From the NCBI GenBank assembly GCA_021806925.1, contig JAKAPS010000012.1:1-27808 (forward strand): a stretch of 27,808 bases of DNA, written 5' to 3'. The notes below the pieces were generated by a model. It was not told the origin of the DNA. It made no database searches and saw nothing but the letters and a program-made list of their open reading frames with translations. The translations under genes and the position numbers were made by a program. Source of the stretch: a bacterium (GTDB taxonomy: Bacteria > Patescibacteriota > Dojkabacteria > JAKAPS01). Shown piece by piece: positions 9,034-19,222 of the stretch (position 1 is the first letter of the stretch; each line of letters starts with the position of its first letter).

Positions 9034-9927
9034 ATGAAGATTCCAATAATTACTGGAGAAACATGTTCAGGAAAATCTGATATTGCATATCATTTGTCTA
9101 AATTAGTGCCTCATGGAGAATTAGTAAACATTGACCTAAGACAAATATATAGGGAAACACCAATTGGTACAAATAGAGACTCATTCCCGATTCATCTAAC
9201 TAATATATGCGATATAACTGAGAACATATCCCCTTTACAAATGAAGCAACTTGTAGAGGACTCTATATCTAAAATTTTACTAAAAGGTCATACTCCAATA
9301 ATTGTAGGTGGATCACTTTTCTATATAGATATTTTAACCGGAAGAATAAAATTAGATAACAAATCTATATCAATTGATAAATATTCTTCAATTCCTCTAA
9401 ATGTAATACAATCAATCACCAAATTATATATTCCAGATATTGAAATAAACAATAGTGATTGGATGAATAGACAAAGGCTGTTAAAAAGATTGTTAACATG
9501 GAAAAAAAGCGGAATTGTATACAATAAAGCAGATGATAAATATGTTTTATTTGGAACATTTCTTGATGATAATATTTTAAAGAATAGAATAGATAATAGA
9601 ACTGAAACAATGTTAAATAATGGATTAATAAATGAATATATTTTTTTACAAAATAAATATGGTGAAAGAGCAGTTAATTTTTTAAAAAATACAATTGGAT
9701 ATAAAGAGATATTTAAAGAGTTTAATAATTTACATATTAGTAACGGCAGTTTTAATAACAAAACTGTTGAAGTATTTATAAAATTAAAAAAGAATATATC
9801 AACAAATACATATCGATATGCAAAAAGACAACTTACATGGATGAAAAAGAATAAGGATATAGTAATGATAAAGAGCGATAATGACATAATCAATATCGCT
9901 CTTAAGATTTTTCAGGAAATTACTTGA
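9034..9927 (+). CDS. miaA: tRNA dimethylallyltransferase (isopentenyl-transferase)
   Basis: P-loop ITGETCSGKS at the N-terminus and IIVGGSLFYIDIL (compare the MiaA GGTGLY motif). Length 297 aa. Confidence 0.65.
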   Translation: MKIPIITGETCSGKSDIAYHLSKLVPHGELVNIDLRQIYRETPIGTNRDSFPIHLTNICDITENISPLQMKQLVEDSISKILLKGHTPIIVGGSLFYIDILTGRIKLDNKSISIDKYSSIPLNVIQSITKLYIPDIEINNSDWMNRQRLLKRLLTWKKSGIVYNKADDKYVLFGTFLDDNILKNRIDNRTETMLNNGLINEYIFLQNKYGERAVNFLKNTIGYKEIFKEFNNLHISNGSFNNKTVEVFIKLKKNISTNTYRYAKRQLTWMKKNKDIVMIKSDNDIINIALKIFQEIT

Positions 9928-10195
9928 CTGCTGATTTCAAAGCTTTTCCAGCTCTGAATGCAGGACTCTTTGTAGCAGGAATAGTAATCTTTGCACCTGT
10001 TTGAGGATTTCTACCAGTTCTTTCTTTCTTTGATCTAACTTCAAATTTACCAAATCCAGTGAAAAGAACAGTGTCACCATTTTTTAAAGCTTTTTCAATT
10101 ATATCTAAAAATGAATTAACAACTGATTCTGCAGCTTTAAGAGTAAGACCATTCTGTGTTGCAATCATTTTTATAACTTGAGTTTTATTTAACAT
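9920..10195 (-). CDS. hup: DNA-binding protein HU
   Basis: 91 aa. The signature is GFGKFEVRSKKERTGRNPQTGAKITIPA, including the beta-arm. Confidence 0.9.
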   Translation of the reverse strand: MLNKTQVIKMIATQNGLTLKAAESVVNSFLDIIEKALKNGDTVLFTGFGKFEVRSKKERTGRNPQTGAKITIPATKSPAFRAGKALKSAVK

Positions 10196-10285
10196 TATTT
10201 TTATCGCCCCCTTTCATTGATTTCATCATTCTTTATTGAGTATAAACATTTTATCGCACCAGTGCAAGTAAAAAAAAATATGTTG

Positions 10286-11065
10286 TTAATTCAATATAAA
10301 ATTAATGGTGTTGACATTTCTTGCTTTATTATCAATAATAAATTCAACTCCGCTCATTATCCAAGGTTTCTCTTCTTCAACTTCAAAATGACTAAAAACA
10401 TAAGGTGTTAAATTTTTTTCAATTGCAATTTCTTTTTTTACCCATAGAACAGAATTTAAGGATCCACTCATACCAGCATCAGTTATATACATTGTTCTTC
10501 CACTAGGAAGTATTCTTGCATCATTAGTTTGAACGTGAGTATGACTACCAGCAATGAAATCAACCCTGCCATCAAGCATGTACCCTAAAGATAATTTTTC
10601 ACTTGTCGCTTCAGCATGAAAATCAATGAAACTGTAATCATATTCAAGACTTGAGTGTTCATTAAACCAATTTTGTATAACTCTAAAAGGGTTTAATATA
10701 TCACCTGTCATATATGTTTTTCCTATTAGATTCAAAACAAGAAATTTTAAATTATTCTTCTCAATTATTGTATATCCTTTACCAGGATAATAGTCTGGAT
10801 AGTTCAATGGTCGTATTAATCTATTCTCACTATTTAACAGATCAAAAGCTTCCTTTTTCTTCCATATATCATTACCTGAAGTAAGGCAATCAATACCGTA
10901 TGAATATAGATCTTCTGCTATTTGATCTGTAATACCTTCACCATGTGCACTATTCTCACAATTTGCAATTACAAAATCATATTTAATTCTATTATCTTCT
11001 AAATACTTTTTTACGACTTCCCTACCTGGTCTTGCAGATATATCACCTATAAATAATATTTTCAT
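10286..11065 (-). CDS. ymdB: YmdB-family metallophosphoesterase (TIGR00282, 2',3'-cNMP phosphodiesterase-like)
   Basis: MKILFIGDISARPGR..., GNDIWKKKE, a His-rich metal-binding region (GSHTHVQTND) and ITDAGMSG. Start overlaps the end of def by 4 bp. Confidence 0.8.
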   Translation of the reverse strand: MKILFIGDISARPGREVVKKYLEDNRIKYDFVIANCENSAHGEGITDQIAEDLYSYGIDCLTSGNDIWKKKEAFDLLNSENRLIRPLNYPDYYPGKGYTIIEKNNLKFLVLNLIGKTYMTGDILNPFRVIQNWFNEHSSLEYDYSFIDFHAEATSEKLSLGYMLDGRVDFIAGSHTHVQTNDARILPSGRTMYITDAGMSGSLNSVLWVKKEIAIEKNLTPYVFSHFEVEEEKPWIMSGVEFIIDNKARNVNTINFILN

Positions 11066-11583
11066 GGCATTGAGTTATTAATTTTTATATACCTATTCAA
11101 ATCCTTTTCCTTCCAGATTTGTTTTGGGTCACTTACATAACTAAGGAATAATTTACCATTCATGTGATCAATTTCATGTTGAAATATATGAGCAAGAAAT
11201 CCTTTTGCATTTTTTGTTGTTTCAACACCATTCCTATCTTGATACTTAACAATGATATTTTCACTTCTTGCAACTTTAGAGTATAGCTGATTATCGCCTA
11301 CACCAACACTCATACATCCTTCCCAGTCCTGTGATAATTCTTCTGACTTATGAACTATCTCTGGATTTATTATTGCAATATATTTAGTTCCACTCTTTAA
11401 CACTGCTAGCTTTAATGGTATACCAACTTGAATTGCAGCAAGTCCAACGCAGTTATCATAATATTTACTTGTATATATTAGATTATCAATCAACTCGCCT
11501 ATATCATTATTAAATTCTGTAACAGTCTGCGTTTTTGAAAACAGAACACTATTTGGAAATTGTATAATTTTTAAAAGCTTCAT
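11062..11583 (-). CDS. def: Peptide deformylase
   Basis: Motifs GLAAIQVG, EGCMS and HEIDHMNG. Confidence 0.85.
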   Translation of the reverse strand: MKLLKIIQFPNSVLFSKTQTVTEFNNDIGELIDNLIYTSKYYDNCVGLAAIQVGIPLKLAVLKSGTKYIAIINPEIVHKSEELSQDWEGCMSVGVGDNQLYSKVARSENIIVKYQDRNGVETTKNAKGFLAHIFQHEIDHMNGKLFLSYVSDPKQIWKEKDLNRYIKINNSMP

Positions 11584-11640
11584 TATAAAAGATATATTAT
11601 TTACTTTAACAATATGATTATACCATTGTTATATATATAT

Positions 11641-13584
11641 TTAATAGAAATCTAAAACAAATAATTTGTAGCTTGTATTTCCATTCCATACTTCCTTGTT
11701 TATATTAAATATATAGTGATATCTTTCTCCAATTTTTGGCAATTTACTGTAATTAAATTGTATAGAATTGATAATCTTCATAGTGTAAATCGACTTTAAT
11801 GTAATCTGAACATGAGTTCCTGTTGAGCCAATAATCCTGTAGTTTACTGTCTCAAATTCTTCCTCAAATATAGGTTGCATATTTCCATTTCCCCATGGAG
11901 AAAGAGTATCGTTCAATTTTGTGTATATATTTTCATATTCGATTCCAGATATTCTACAATCAATATTTATTTCTTTATTGTTTTTGAAGTCATATTTTTT
12001 GCTGTTTACGAGTTCTAGTATTGTTTTTTGAAGTTCACCATTCTTAACGAGTTCTCTATCAATCTTTAGTCCAGCAGCTTGACTATGACCTCCATATGAT
12101 AAGAATAATGGTTTTGCATGTTTATTCAAATACATATCATTCAATTCTTTAAGAAATAAATATATATTAAAATAATCTGGACTACGTAGTGATCCTGTAT
12201 ATGCAACTACATTAGTATTATCAATACTTTTCTCTTTACTAGTATCACCTATCCCAATTGGATTTCCTATACTTTCCTGATCGCCTATGGAAAGAACAAT
12301 TACTGGTCTATTTAACTCTTCTTTCAATTTACCTGCAACAAGTCCAATAATACCTGTTGATAATGTATCATATACTACAAGCATTACACCTAAATCAAAA
12401 TCTTCTCTATTGAATTTGTTCTTCTTTTTACCATTACTTACGACTAATGCTTCACGTGTTATATTTTGTCTATCACGGTTTAATTCATTCAAACTGTTAC
12501 CCATCTCAAGCCTCTTTGATTCATCTTCCTCAATAAATAGGTTAAATGCATCATGTGGATTCTTCAATCTTCCTGCAACATTTATCTTAGGCCCGATTAT
12601 ATATCCGCAGTGATAGGTATCAATATCACCTTTTATTTGAGATACACTAATTAACTCCTTGATTCCATTACTTGGATTTTTATTCATTTTCTCAAGTCCT
12701 TTTTTTAAAATATACCTGTTCTCCCCTTTTAGTTCCATTATGTCACATATTAATCCTAGAGTTGCAAAATCAACAAAGTCCTCTGCACCTTTATTTCCTG
12801 TGACTTTATCTAATCCCTGTATAAATTTAAAAGCAAGTGCTGCAGCTGATAGATTGTTATATTTATATCCTTCTGAATGAATAATTGCCTCTGATACTGG
12901 GAGTATTAGGTCACTTGTAACCTGAAGGTCACTTGTAACCTGAAGGTCACTAGTACTCCCCTCCACACTCATATCTTCTTTATGTAGAATTTTATGGTGA
13001 TCAATAATAATGGTATGAACAGTTACGCCTATTTTCTCATAGCTGTGTGTTATTTCTTCAATTTGTTCGATATTTGTTATACCACAATCAACCGTAATAA
13101 ACATTATATCTTTAACACCTTTCCCACTGGGATACGTTCCTATCCCATGGGGATACGTTCCTATAGAATTACTAGACAACATACTATATAGCTTATCAAA
13201 ATTGTTTTTTGATACTCCATACCCGTCCTTATGTCTGTCAGGCAAATATACATATACATTTTTATATTTTAAAACATTAACAATATAGTTATATAGTATA
13301 GTTGATGAAGTTATTCCATCAACATCATAATCTCCATGTATAAAGATAGGTACGTATCCCTGTGGGGTCTGCATCGAATTTTTCTTTGTCACGTTATTAC
13401 GGGGCGTCGTGGAGATAGCATCAACAAGTATCTCTGTTGCTTTTCGCATATTCCACAATTCAGAATCAAATGCAAATGGATCAATATACTCAACTTCATC
13501 TGATAAGTTTCTGTTCTTAGATATCCAATCATACAGATCATTAATGTTAGTAAATGTCTGCTCGGTTTTATATATTCTATCCAT
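11641..13584 (-). CDS. recJ: Single-stranded-DNA-specific exonuclease RecJ (DHH/DHHA1)
   Basis: DHH motifs (FIHGDYDVDGITSSTIL, ITVDCGITN, IIIDHHK) and a C-terminal DHHA1/OB region. It contains two in-frame tandem duplications. Confidence 0.85.
   Translation of the reverse strand: MDRIYKTEQTFTNINDLYDWISKNRNLSDEVEYIDPFAFDSELWNMRKATEILVDAISTTPRNNVTKKNSMQTPQGYVPIFIHGDYDVDGITSSTILYNYIVNVLKYKNVYVYLPDRHKDGYGVSKNNFDKLYSMLSSNSIGTYPHGIGTYPSGKGVKDIMFITVDCGITNIEQIEEITHSYEKIGVTVHTIIIDHHKILHKEDMSVEGSTSDLQVTSDLQVTSDLILPVSEAIIHSEGYKYNNLSAAALAFKFIQGLDKVTGNKGAEDFVDFATLGLICDIMELKGENRYILKKGLEKMNKNPSNGIKELISVSQIKGDIDTYHCGYIIGPKINVAGRLKNPHDAFNLFIEEDESKRLEMGNSLNELNRDRQNITREALVVSNGKKKNKFNREDFDLGVMLVVYDTLSTGIIGLVAGKLKEELNRPVIVLSIGDQESIGNPIGIGDTSKEKSIDNTNVVAYTGSLRSPDYFNIYLFLKELNDMYLNKHAKPLFLSYGGHSQAAGLKIDRELVKNGELQKTILELVNSKKYDFKNNKEINIDCRISGIEYENIYTKLNDTLSPWGNGNMQPIFEEEFETVNYRIIGSTGTHVQITLKSIYTMKIINSIQFNYSKLPKIGERYHYIFNINKEVWNGNTSYKLFVLDFY
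12909..12956. repeat. Tandem repeat of unit ggtcacttgtaacctgaa (18 bp): two perfect copies and a third partial copy, in-frame inside recJ
   Basis: Copy 1 at 12909-12926 and copy 2 at 12927-12944 are identical. A degenerate third copy follows (ggtcactagtac). At the protein level this encodes the repeated hexapeptide TSDLQV. Confidence 0.8.
13123..13164. repeat. Tandem repeat of a 21-bp unit (cccactgggatacgttcctat / cccatggggatacgttcctat), two copies, in-frame inside recJ
   Basis: Two adjacent near-identical 21-mers encode the duplicated heptapeptide GIGTYPH / GIGTYPS. Confidence 0.75.
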
Positions 13585-13587
13585 TAT

Positions 13588-14106
13588 TTATTCAATCCCT
13601 TCAGAATACATTTTATATGAATCCCTATCTGAAAATTCTTCCCATACACTACTTATCGAGGAATTTTTAAAACCTCTATTAATAAAAAACTTGAAAAAAT
13701 CATTTTTATCTCTACCTTCAAGAGTTTCTGCTTTATTAAATTTGAACCTTGAACTATTTCTTCTAATTATAGATTTTATATTTTCAATTTCATCTACATC
13801 AATATATGTATCAATAGTATGTTTATCAACTCCTTTTGACATTAAAAATACCTGCGTCTGCTTTATACTTAAGCCTAATCTTTTTACTCTATAGAAACAT
13901 ATATATTCAACAAATTCTTTATCATTATCTTCAGGAATCTTAGACAAAAGAAATTCTATATCATTAAGATCCTTAGTTTTACCTCTTATATATCTCTCAA
14001 GCTCAAACTTAGACCTTGGTCTTACTGATAGAAGTCTATTAACAGAATTAAAGATATCTTCTCTACTTAAGCATCTGCTCTCTGACTTTTTTTTCAATTT
14101 CCTCAT
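13588..14106 (-). CDS. recX: Recombination regulator RecX (probable)
   Basis: 172 aa basic helical protein immediately downstream of recA. The ORF overlaps the recA 3' end by 44 bp, so the true start may be internal. The assignment rests on position and loose RecX-like periodicity, not a strict motif. Confidence 0.5.
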   Translation of the reverse strand: MRKLKKKSESRCLSREDIFNSVNRLLSVRPRSKFELERYIRGKTKDLNDIEFLLSKIPEDNDKEFVEYICFYRVKRLGLSIKQTQVFLMSKGVDKHTIDTYIDVDEIENIKSIIRRNSSRFKFNKAETLEGRDKNDFFKFFINRGFKNSSISSVWEEFSDRDSYKMYSEGIE

Positions 14107-15100
14107 ATAATTTTTTATCAGATTTCAGCGCATTCTTAGCAGATTCTCTTCCTTGTGCTAATTGAATATCTCCATATTTAAACCATGCACCAGATTTTTG
14201 AATTATACTAAACTGCACTGCCATCTCAAGCAAGCTTGACTCCTTAGATATTCCATACGGATATATTATGTCAAAATCAGCCTCTTTAAATGGTGGTGCA
14301 ACCTTATTCTTTACTACCTTAACATGTACAGTATGCCCTATTATATTTTCCCCCTCTTCAATCTTCTCCTTTTTCCTTATATCCATCCTTACTGATGCAT
14401 AGAATTTTAATGCGTTTCCACCAGTTGTCGTTTCTGGATTTCCAAACATTACACCTATTTTCATTCTAATTTGATTAAGAAATATAACGCTGCAGCCAGT
14501 TTTCCCTATGATTGCTGTTAACTTCCTCATAGCTTGACTCATCAATCTCGCCTGCATACCCATTACTGCACTTCCCATTTCTCCTTCAATTTCTGCCTTT
14601 GGTGTCAATGCAGCAACAGAGTCAACAACGACAACATCAATTGCTCCAGACCTTATAAGTGTTTCGACAATCTCTAAAGCCTGCTCACCATTATCAGGTT
14701 GAGAAAGTAACATATTATCAATATTTACTCCTATATTTTTTGCATACTGAGGATCAAGTGCATGCTCCGCATCAATGTATGCAGCTGTTCCGCCTTTCTT
14801 TTGGCATTCTGCTATTATATGTAAAGCAAGAGTTGTCTTACCGCTCGATTCAGGACCATATATTTCAATTATTCTTCCTTTGGGAATACCTCCTATACCA
14901 AGTGCATAATCAAGTGAAATAGCACCAGTCGAAATAAATGGTATTGATTGAATTGTTTTCTGTCCCATCATCATAATCGCACCTTTACCAAATTGTTTAT
15001 CAATTTGCAGAAGTGCTGTTTTTAAAGCTTCTGCCTTATAGTTAGTATTTCCATCAGTAACTAGCTTTTCTTCTTCTTTATCATTTTTAATTTTTGCCAT
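14063..15100 (-). CDS. recA: Recombinase RecA
   Basis: Walker A (GPESSGKTT), the L1/L2 loop regions, IDAEHALDP and VVVDSVAAL. Length 345 aa. Confidence 0.95.
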   Translation of the reverse strand: MAKIKNDKEEEKLVTDGNTNYKAEALKTALLQIDKQFGKGAIMMMGQKTIQSIPFISTGAISLDYALGIGGIPKGRIIEIYGPESSGKTTLALHIIAECQKKGGTAAYIDAEHALDPQYAKNIGVNIDNMLLSQPDNGEQALEIVETLIRSGAIDVVVVDSVAALTPKAEIEGEMGSAVMGMQARLMSQAMRKLTAIIGKTGCSVIFLNQIRMKIGVMFGNPETTTGGNALKFYASVRMDIRKKEKIEEGENIIGHTVHVKVVKNKVAPPFKEADFDIIYPYGISKESSLLEMAVQFSIIQKSGAWFKYGDIQLAQGRESAKNALKSDKKLYEEIEKKVREQMLK

Positions 15101-15153
15101 ACTTAGAAAACTTTAACATAAAAAAAATAATTTTTCACTTTTATATAAAAAAC

Positions 15154-17472
15154 TCAAGCGTGCCATATATTATCCCTGGCCAGACCCAAAAAGATATATA
15201 GAAGGATAGAGAAAACGAATAATATAAATATTGAATAAATGTTTATACTACTCATAAGGATACCAAATAATGCAAAGAAAGTCACAACAATTACTACTGC
15301 AACACTGAAAAACATGAGTGACCTTGACGGTAATCTAAAGTCTACGTTTTTCCTAGCTCTAATAACGTAAACTCCTATTTGTGTGCTGAACACTAGCCAC
15401 AAATACAGAGCTGTTGAAGACTCATTCAACCCTATTCTTAGTATGTAATAAAAAAAAGTGAAGACCACTATATTAAATATCAAGACAACACTTCCTAAAA
15501 TTACTGTCTTCTTCATCAAATCATACACATTCCATTCATCTAATTTTTTAGAATAGCTTACAGAATCAGTAACAAGTGACATAGTTAGAAAATCATTTGC
15601 GAAAATTAAAAGTACAAGTAATCTAGCAGAAAGAACCATATTTGATGTAAAAATGAACATTATAGTTAAAAACAACGGTATTGTGATTTTTTTTATTGAC
15701 ATATTTAGGGTATATGTCAGCATTCTTTCAAATATTCTTCTGCTTACAATTATCAATGAGATAACATTCGCAAGCCCCTCTTTAGTGAATATAATATTGG
15801 AAGATGCTTTAGCAATATCAGTTGCATTAAAAACTGCAATTCCAACATCAGCCTGCTTCAATGCTGGAGCATCATTGACACCATCTCCAGTCATTCCAAC
15901 TATATGGTTATTTTTCTGCAACAATCTAATTATATCGATTTTATCTTCAGGATATGTTTGAGCTATAACTGATACTTTATGTGCATCTATCGATTTTAGT
16001 TTTTTCAAGTCATCTGCTACTATAACTTCTCCTTCAAGATGTAATGATTTTGCAATTGCTTTAGCAGTATATACATTATCACCTGTAATCATAAGTATGT
16101 TTGCATTTAAGTCATAAATTCTCTCAATTAGTTCTATTGAATCTTCTCTTATCTCATCTGACAATCCAATTATTCCAACAACAGTGCCGTCGTATGATAC
16201 AGCAAGTATTCTTAAACCTTCAAATTCCTTATCACTAAACTCTATTTTATCTTCACTTCCTACATTAGTAAGTGCTCCTTTTAATACAGTATGAATTATT
16301 CTATTGTTTTGACCATCATTATCCTGACCGCCTTCATCAATCCAATAGAACATCGATTTTTCAATTCTTGTTTCAGGATTAAATGGCAAAAATTCAGTTA
16401 TAACAGCTTTCTCATTAATATGTATATTTCTATCAAGTGCATACTTGCCAATTGCAGAGTCTATTTGATCTGTTGAATCTTTATCGCTAGCAATTAATGC
16501 TAAGGATAATATGAACTCATCAGAATATTTTGATTTATCTAATGATTCTATTATACTAACATTCATTATTCCTTTTGTAAGTGTTCCAGTTTTATCAAAA
16601 CAAAAAACATCAATTCCCGCAGCTTCCTCAACACTCTGTAAATCTTTAACTAATACTCCTTCTTTACTCAATTCAAATGCACCTTTTTGTTGAGCTAAAC
16701 TGAATACCATCGGAAGTGCAACTGGAATTGATGATATAAATAGAATAACCACAAAAGAAAATAATTCAAAGCTATTAACTTTTATGAAAATTGAAAATAT
16801 AATAACCGCTAAAATTCCTATACTGTCAATAACTAAAAATATCTTTGCTAATTTTAGTATAATTTTTTCTAATTGACTTTCTGCATGAGCATTACGAATT
16901 AGATTAGCAGTATTACCAAATTTAGTATTTAAACCAGTATGAGATACCTTTACAATTATTTCACCTCTCTTTAAAATTGTACCGCTAAAAACTTCACTAT
17001 CCTTTACTTTATCAATCTCAATGAATTCTCCAGTAAGTGAAGATTCATCTACACTTGCATTCCCCTCAATTATAATGCCATCAACTGTAAATAAATCTCC
17101 CTGAGAGAATTTTACAATATCATCAGGAACTAGATACTTTGCATCAACAGAAACCCATTCACCATCTCTTAGACATATATTAATCTTTTTTAATTTCTCT
17201 TGTATTAATTCCAATGAATTTGCCACTTTCAATTCTTGTGAAATACTTATAAGGGCATTGAATAACAAAAGCACTAAGATTATTGAACTATCAAGGTAAT
17301 TTTTAATTATAAATTCGAAAATTATAACAAATTCGAGCATAATTGGAATAACTCCATAAAAATTCTTTGCAATCACTTTTATAATTGGAGTCTTCTCAAT
17401 TGGAACAGTATTATATCCTGATGTTTTTAATTTTTCTTCAGCTTCAATTTTTGTCAAGCCTTTAATTTCCAT
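15154..17472 (-). CDS. Cation-transporting P-type ATPase, P3A (H+-ATPase-like) subtype
   Basis: Motifs DKTGTLT, MITGDN and GMTGDGVNDAPALKQADVGIA, plus a TGE-like actuator region (SLTGEF). The M4 motif is IPVALPMVFSLA, which resembles PIAMP of P3A pumps, not PEGL or CPC. Length 772 aa. Confidence 0.85.
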   Translation of the reverse strand: MEIKGLTKIEAEEKLKTSGYNTVPIEKTPIIKVIAKNFYGVIPIMLEFVIIFEFIIKNYLDSSIILVLLLFNALISISQELKVANSLELIQEKLKKINICLRDGEWVSVDAKYLVPDDIVKFSQGDLFTVDGIIIEGNASVDESSLTGEFIEIDKVKDSEVFSGTILKRGEIIVKVSHTGLNTKFGNTANLIRNAHAESQLEKIILKLAKIFLVIDSIGILAVIIFSIFIKVNSFELFSFVVILFISSIPVALPMVFSLAQQKGAFELSKEGVLVKDLQSVEEAAGIDVFCFDKTGTLTKGIMNVSIIESLDKSKYSDEFILSLALIASDKDSTDQIDSAIGKYALDRNIHINEKAVITEFLPFNPETRIEKSMFYWIDEGGQDNDGQNNRIIHTVLKGALTNVGSEDKIEFSDKEFEGLRILAVSYDGTVVGIIGLSDEIREDSIELIERIYDLNANILMITGDNVYTAKAIAKSLHLEGEVIVADDLKKLKSIDAHKVSVIAQTYPEDKIDIIRLLQKNNHIVGMTGDGVNDAPALKQADVGIAVFNATDIAKASSNIIFTKEGLANVISLIIVSRRIFERMLTYTLNMSIKKITIPLFLTIMFIFTSNMVLSARLLVLLIFANDFLTMSLVTDSVSYSKKLDEWNVYDLMKKTVILGSVVLIFNIVVFTFFYYILRIGLNESSTALYLWLVFSTQIGVYVIRARKNVDFRLPSRSLMFFSVAVVIVVTFFALFGILMSSINIYSIFILFVFSILLYIFLGLARDNIWHA

Positions 17473-18760
17473 ATACCTTAAAGAAATTTAATATTTTTCT
17501 ATCAGTCATAATATCCTTCTTTTGAATTTTTTTTACAACTTTTAGACCTTTTAAACTTTTTACTCTGCTTATTGCAACATAAAATTGTCCAGTTGCGAAT
17601 ATTCCTCTATCTGTATCAAGAATTATATTATCAAACTGCTTACCCTGACTTTTATGTATGGTTATTGCATATGCTAATAGTATAGGAAACTGCACAAATG
17701 AACCTACCTCTTCTGCCTCAATCTTTTCTGATTTCTCATTAAATCTATATGTATATTTCTTCCATTCATACTTCTCAAGTTTTACAGTCTTTCCATTTAT
17801 ATCAATATGTATAGTGTTCATTATTGAGTCTATTGATTTGATTATTCCAATAGTTCCATTAACATACCTCTTCAAAGGTGAATCATTAACAGTAATCATT
17901 ACTTTTGCTCCAACTTTAAGTTTTAAAACTTTGTTTGCTGGAAACTCTCTTTCATAAATACTTCCCCTTGCTTCAGCATTAAATATATACTCTAGACCAT
18001 TAATTTTTTCTAGGTTTTTATTGTTTATATCTTCTGCTTTATTATTAGTTGTAGTTATATATATACTTGAATTATCGACATCAGTATTATTGTATTTTAC
18101 GACATGCTTATTTATTAAATCCAAATCCTCATCAATGTATGTTGCTGTTCTAATTCTATTTAATAGATTAATAAATTTAGTATTCTTTTGTCTGTATATT
18201 TTTTTTAATTCAAGAATTGAAAAATTTCCAACTCTATAAGCCTTTGAGTCAAAAAAATATTGGGAATTATATATATCAAGGAATATTTCCATCTCATCTC
18301 TTTTTAGAATTGGTGGCAACTGAAATAAATCTCCAAATAATATCAATCTTTTACCTCCAAATGGTTCATCACACAATGAGTGAAGCCGCAATGATTTATC
18401 AATGCAGTCAAATATATCAGAGCGAACCATTGATATTTCATCAATTACAATAGAATCTATCTTCTTTATAACTGATTGTAACCTTTTATCGATTACTATC
18501 TTATCCAGTGTAACGTCTGGTGAGAATCTAAAAAATGAATGAATAGTTTGTCCACCGACATTCAAAGCAGATACACCAGTTGGAGCAATAACTACTGTTG
18601 AGTTCTGAATATTTTTAACAAAGTACCGCAATAGTGTAGATTTTCCAGTACCAGCACTCCCAGTTATGAATACATTCCTGTTAGAGTTAAATAATACATC
18701 AATTGCATCTCTTACATCCTCATTAATTTCAAAACTATCAGTTGAAAAATCATTTGACAT
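17462..18760 (-). CDS. PIF1/RecD-like superfamily-1 DNA helicase (AAA_30-type)
   Basis: Walker A (ITGSAGTGKSTLL) and Walker B (VIDEISMV), followed by the C-terminal 2B/SH3-like region typical of Pif1/RecD2. The stop overlaps the start of the P-type ATPase gene by 11 bp. Confidence 0.75.
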   Translation of the reverse strand: MSNDFSTDSFEINEDVRDAIDVLFNSNRNVFITGSAGTGKSTLLRYFVKNIQNSTVVIAPTGVSALNVGGQTIHSFFRFSPDVTLDKIVIDKRLQSVIKKIDSIVIDEISMVRSDIFDCIDKSLRLHSLCDEPFGGKRLILFGDLFQLPPILKRDEMEIFLDIYNSQYFFDSKAYRVGNFSILELKKIYRQKNTKFINLLNRIRTATYIDEDLDLINKHVVKYNNTDVDNSSIYITTTNNKAEDINNKNLEKINGLEYIFNAEARGSIYEREFPANKVLKLKVGAKVMITVNDSPLKRYVNGTIGIIKSIDSIMNTIHIDINGKTVKLEKYEWKKYTYRFNEKSEKIEAEEVGSFVQFPILLAYAITIHKSQGKQFDNIILDTDRGIFATGQFYVAISRVKSLKGLKVVKKIQKKDIMTDRKILNFFKVYGN

Positions 18761-19006
18761 CTAAAAAGATATTTTATACAAAATATCTTTTGTTTTCAAT
18801 TTTTCCATTAACTCTTGTTAATTAAAAACGAATAAGTGATTTGCAATTACACTAAAAGAATCTTCTATTAATAAAATATATTTTCCCACATGGATACGTT
18901 TCTATGAATACAATCATTTTAATTTCTCTTAATTCCGTTCATTCCTGACATATTACCGTATATTAATTTTGAAATATTAAAACTTCTAAAGTATAATTAC
19001 ATATGT

Positions 19007-19222
19007 ATGAAGATGTTCCGTAAGAAAAAGTATGGAGTTGGATTTACTCCTAATAGCATTTTAGGCTGGCTTGTAACTGCACTATTTGTAATTCTTATGT
19101 CTCTAGGTACATATATTTTCAGGATATATCAAAATGATGTATCTATTGGATTATCATATTTCACAGTATACACTATTGTAATAACTGTCTTATTCATATA
19201 TATAGGTATAATCAATTCTTAG
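19007..19222 (+). CDS. Small (71 aa) two-helix membrane protein, hypothetical
   Basis: The only ORF in the 450-bp gap between the helicase and spoT. It has two clear hydrophobic helices separated by a short polar loop and a basic N-terminus (MKMFRKKKYG). It overlaps the spoT 3' end by 11 bp, convergently. Confidence 0.35.
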   Translation: MKMFRKKKYGVGFTPNSILGWLVTALFVILMSLGTYIFRIYQNDVSIGLSYFTVYTIVITVLFIYIGIINS

